Below are positions 59,943 through 64,000 of a stretch of DNA of 64,000 nucleotides, piece after piece (within the stretch, counting starts at the first letter, position 1; each line of letters starts with the position of its first letter). The stretch covers positions 544,001 to 608,000 of the forward strand of contig CAWEMM010000006.1 in NCBI GenBank assembly GCA_963810095.1, read 5' to 3'. The stretch is from an uncultured Chloroflexia bacterium. GTDB taxonomy: Bacteria > Chloroflexota > Anaerolineae > CG2-30-64-16. Under the pieces are notes generated by a model. The model was not told the DNA's origin. It did no database searches and worked only from the letters and a program-made list of their open reading frames with translations. The translations under genes were made by a program, and so were the position numbers.

Positions 59943-61632
59943 ATGAAACCCGCTTTCGACACGTACTATAAATATCAGGCGCTGAGTGAAATCCTCAGCA
60001 CGCTCGCCGCCGAGCATCCCGCCATCATGGCGCTGAGCACCCTTGGCAAGTCGCACGAGGGGCGCGACATCCCGCTCGTCATCCTGACCAACCAGGCGAC
60101 GGGGCCTGACCTTGAGAAACCCGGGTTCTACGTCGACGGCAATATCCACGCCACCGAGTTGACCGCGTCTGTGGCCACCCTTTACCTCGTTAACCGCCTC
60201 GTGCAAAGCTATGGGTCCGACGCCAAGATCACCCGCATCCTCGACGAACAGGTGGTGTACGTGGTGCCGCGGCTCAACCCGGACGGTGCGGAAGCCGCGC
60301 TGGCGGATCGGCCCCGCTTCGTCCGCTCGGGAACCCGGCCTTACCCCTATGCCGAGAAGCAGGAGGGCCTGCACGAAGAAGACGTCGACGGCGACGGCCG
60401 CATCCTCCAAATGCGCATCGCCGACCCGACCGGCGATTGGAAGGTGTCGGACCGCGACCCGCGGCTGATGGTCAAGCGCGCGCCGGACGACGAGGGCGGG
60501 CAGTACTACCGGCTGTTCGATGAGGGGCTGCTCGAAAGTTACGACGGCGTCATGATCAAGCCCGCGCGGGCGTTTGCCGGCCTCGACTTCAATCGAAACT
60601 TTCCGGGCCAGTGGCGCCCCGAGGGCGAACAGGTGGGCGCGGGCGCCTATCCGGGTTCTGAGCCGGAAATCCGGGCAGTGGTCGACTTCATGGCGCAGCA
60701 CCCCAATATCTACGGTGCACTCACCTACCACACCTTCTCCCGCGCGATCCTGCGCCCCTACGGGACGAAGAGTGACGACGAGATGGACACGCAGGACAAG
60801 TGGGTGTTCGAGGCCATCGGCGAGCGGGGCACCGAGCTCACGGGCTATCCCTCGGTCTCGGTCTACCACCATTTCCGCTATCACCCGAAAGAAGTCATCA
60901 CGGGCGTTTTCGACGATTGGCTCTTCGACCACAAAGGCATTTTTGCGTACACCGTCGAGCTGTGGGACCTGCCCACGGCGGCAGGCGTCGAAGAGAAAAG
61001 CAAAGACAAAAAGTTCATGGATTGGTTCCGCAAGCACCCGGCGGCAGACGACCACAAGATCCTCGACTTTGTGGCGCAGCACGCGCCCGACGCCCTCGTG
61101 CCGTGGTACGCCTTCGCTCATCCCCAGCTAGGCCCGGTTGAGCTGGGCGGCTGGAACCCGATGTACAGCTGGCGCAACCCGCCCCACTCCCTGCTGGAAG
61201 CCGAGGTGGCGCCGCAGTCAGACTTCGCCATCGCCTTTGCTTCGCTGGCGCCGCGGCTCCGCTGGCGTGACGTCAAGGTAACCCCCCTGGGCGAGGATGC
61301 CTACCACATCCTGGCGGTGGTCGAAAACGCCGGTTTTCTGCCGACCTATGTGTCACAGCGCGGCGCTGACGATGAAGGCCGTGCGCCCTGTGCGACTGGA
61401 AATCGAGCCGGGAGAAGGCGTAGAGCTGGTGGGCGGCAAGCAGAAGACCGAAATCGGCCAACTCGAAGGCCGGTCAAACAAGCTCGACGTGGCCGAACTC
61501 TGGGCCGCCTCGCCGACCGACAACCGCGGCAAGGCCGAGTGGGTCGTGCGGGCCAAACCCGGCGCCACTGCCGTGCTGTCTGCCGTCAGCGAACGCGGCG
61601 GGACCACCAGGCACACCGTGCATCTCGGCTAA
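59943..61632 (+). CDS. M14 family zinc carboxypeptidase (frameshift near 61362)
   Basis: GKSHEGR, GNIHATE, NPDG, DFNRNF, TYHT, VELW; C-terminus continues in ORF 61297-61632. Confidence 0.88.
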
Positions 61633-61636
61633 GCGG

Positions 61637-63646
61637 ATGCGAGCAGCAGATCCCCTGGCGACTGCAGCGCCTGAACCGCGCGGTGAGACAGCTCCCACGC
61701 GTGCCGAGACCTGGCTGCTGCTCGCTATCTCCGCGGCTCGCGCTGCTGCTTCGCGGCTGGGCGATCGGGTCCAAGGCGCTCTGGTATGACGAAGCGGCGA
61801 CCCTGGCCTTCGCCCGCGCGCCGGTGCCGCAAATCGTCGCCTTTCACTGGCAGTCGGCCTTCGAGCACCCGCCCGTCTGGGCCGTCCTGATGCACTACTG
61901 GATCGCCCTATTCGGCCAGAGCGAGGCCAGCCTGCGCTGGCCCTCGGCCCTGGCCGGGGCGGCCATGCCCTGGGCAACCTGGCTGCTGGGCAGGAACCTC
62001 TGGCCGCGGGCAAGGGTCGCCCGGCTCGCAGCCGCCCTGCTGGTCGCCATCTCCCCGATCTTCATACAGTTCGGCCAGGAAGCGCGCATGTACGCCCTGG
62101 CCGGGCTGCTCTCCACCCTCTCGCTGGCACTGCTGGTCCGGCTCATGCGCGGCATCCGGCCCGCCCTCCTCGTCTGCTTCATCCTGGCCAACTGGGTGAT
62201 GGCGGCCCTGCAGTACTACTATGCGCTCCTGTTCGTCGTCGAAGGGCTGGTCCTCCTCGCGTTCCTGCCCCGCGCCCCGCGCCGGTTTGCGGCGCTCCTG
62301 GCAGCGGTGGCCGTCTCGGCAGTTCCGACTGCGCTGTGGATCGGTCTCGCGCCGGGCTTCCGTGCGACTCTGGCGACCGTGACGGGGGGAACGAGCGCGC
62401 GATCTCAGAACCGGTGGCATACCTTGCCCGTCTCTGGCGCGACTTCGGCTACGGCTCCGTGTCCTTTCAGCCCGCTCAGGCCGCGCTGAGCTACCTGCTG
62501 CTGCCCCTGTTCCTGATCGGGCTCGTCGCGGTGTTCCTCGACGTTCGAGGGCACAGCGCCGCGGATAGGGACGGGCTGGCTGCGCTGCCTCCGGTGCTCG
62601 TCGCCGCGGGGCTGCTCGTCCCGGTGCTTGCGACCGGCGTAATCAGCCTGGCCGCGCCGCTGCGCTGGTTCTTCTATTCGGCCGCGCTCGCGTGCCTGCT
62701 GCTCGGCCTGGCGGTCGAGGTGTTCTGGCGCTGGCGTGCGGGGGCCGGCCTGCTGGCCCTGATCCTGGCCGTCGCGGTTTTCGGGTGGGCCGACCGCTAT
62801 TACTACGCCAGCTATCAGAAGAGCCAATACCGGGAGGCCGGCGCGGCAATTGCGGCGCGTGCACGCCCCGACGATGCGCTGGTGTTGGAGCCGCCACGAC
62901 AGCACCTGCTCGCGAAGGTCTATATGCCGGCCCTGCCGCTCTATACCGTACCTGACGCCGGGCTCCCCGACTTCTGGCCCGTCACCGCGCCGCCGGTGGT
63001 GCCCCAACAGGAAGACAGCAGGCTGCGCGGCATCCTGGCCGGCCACGACAACGTCTGGCTGGTGCAGGCCGGCGAAGATGAGGTCGACAAGGGCGATTTC
63101 GTGCGCCGCTATCTCGGCGCGGTGGCCTACGAGCTGAAATGCGACCGTTACCTCGACGCGAGAGTGTGCCGTTATGTCGCGCCCGACCGGGTCACGGGAG
63201 AATCCCCGGCCCCGGTCCAGCCGGTCTTCGGCGACACCCTTCAGGCCCGGGCCGTGTCGGCCGGCCTGCTGCCCGAGGGCGACGAGACATTCGTGACGGC
63301 ACAGTTTGACTGGCGGCTTGCCGCGGCCTCGCCGCGCGACTTCGTCGTCACGCTGCGCCTGCTGGATGCGGCCGGTGAGCCCGTCGCGCAGCTGGACCGC
63401 CGGCCCATTGGCGATCTGCTGCCCACCTCGACGTGGAGCGCGGGCGACGAGAAGACGGGCTACTTCGCCTTCCCGCTGCCCCAGGTCGCGCCCGGCGACT
63501 ACACGCTGCGGGCCGGCGTGTACGATGCAGCCACGCTTCAGCTCGTCCCCGCCGCGGGCGGGGCAAATGAGGCCCTGGTCACGCTGGCGTGCCTGCGGGT
63601 GAAGCCGGGCCAGGCCGAAATGACGCCGTGCGCGGCAGGAGGATAA
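61637..63646 (+). CDS. GT-C (PMT/ArnT-like, GT39) membrane glycosyltransferase with C-terminal extracellular domain (frameshifts near 61735 and 62397)
   Basis: LWYDEA, HPP, SEASLR.PSAL, QEARMY; C-terminal Q.D..P....PTSTW..G...PGDY.L..GVYD. Confidence 0.8.
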
Positions 63647-63648
63647 CG

Positions 63649-64000
63649 ATGCTCATCCCCTTCCATCACCTGACACCCTCGCAGTTGGCCGAGGTGATCG
63701 CGATCTACGAGGAGGCGCTCGCCGGGCCGTGGGAGTGGCCCGCCGAGCGCCTTGCCGAGTTGGCGCGGCAGCCAGACGAACGGATACTGGCCGCAGCGGC
63801 GCTGGACGGTGACGCCGTCGCCGGCTTCATCATCGACGAGTACCTGCCCGGCGGCCGGCTGTGGTACATCCGCTACTTTGCCGTGCGGGCAAACCTGCGG
63901 GGCCAGGGTTGGGGCGAGCGCATCCTCACCGCCGCGCTGCCCCAAGGCGAAGCTGCCGCCCTGCAGCACGGACACGGGGGGATGCTCGGCGCCGTGCTGG
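63649..64000 (+). CDS. GNAT-family N-acetyltransferase (partial, runs off window end)
   Basis: Manual translation MLIPFHHL...IYEEAL...YIRYFAVRANLRGQGWGERIL with acetyl-CoA motif RGQGWG; AGGAGG RBS. Confidence 0.8.
   Translation, partial: MLIPFHHLTPSQLAEVIAIYEEALAGPWEWPAERLAELARQPDERILAAAALDGDAVAGFIIDEYLPGGRLWYIRYFAVRANLRGQGWGERILTAALPQGEAAALQHGHGGMLGAVL

Noticed and set aside
59943-62489. Apparent 848-aa M14 peptidase-glycosyltransferase fusion ORF
   Set aside because: Artefact of frameshifts: the peptidase ends at TAA 61632 in another frame and the glycosyltransferase has its own ATG at 61637

Overview
GC-rich bacterial chromosomal segment, most likely Chloroflexota (Anaerolineae/Caldilineae-like; inferred from protein architectures). 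It is largely core genome: udk (partial), tRNA-Thr(CGT), efp, a class II UvrA, ftsH-glpX-rho, a class A PBP, tandem glgC-like genes, feoABC, SulP-rhodanese plus a second divergent glpX, and a minus-strand respiratory supercluster of about 18.5 kb. That cluster holds SURF1, an A2-type caa3 oxidase, Cu-assembly genes, an alternative complex III/Qrc-like complex without ActF, a dihaem cytochrome c and rrf2-cydAB. A two-component system, two AI-2E transporters, csbD, M4 and M14 peptidases, a GT-C glycosyltransferase and a partial GNAT follow. I saw no CRISPR array, integrase or transposase. Most notable: (i) three intact ORFs with eroded catalytic motifs (CcsBA fusion without WWD/His ligands, GlpX2, GlgD-like GlgC2); (ii) a Rex box plus a perfect 8-7-8 operator stacked on a consensus promoter for rrf2-cydAB; (iii) at least four families of intergenic palindromes, two with internal 8- or 9-bp periodicity, one pair bracketing a single methyltransferase gene like a cassette; (iv) about 14 apparent frameshifts in otherwise intact genes, probably long-read errors, about half placeable at GCGC/CGCG, possibly a DNA-methylation footprint. 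All calls come from reading motifs by eye; no searches were run.
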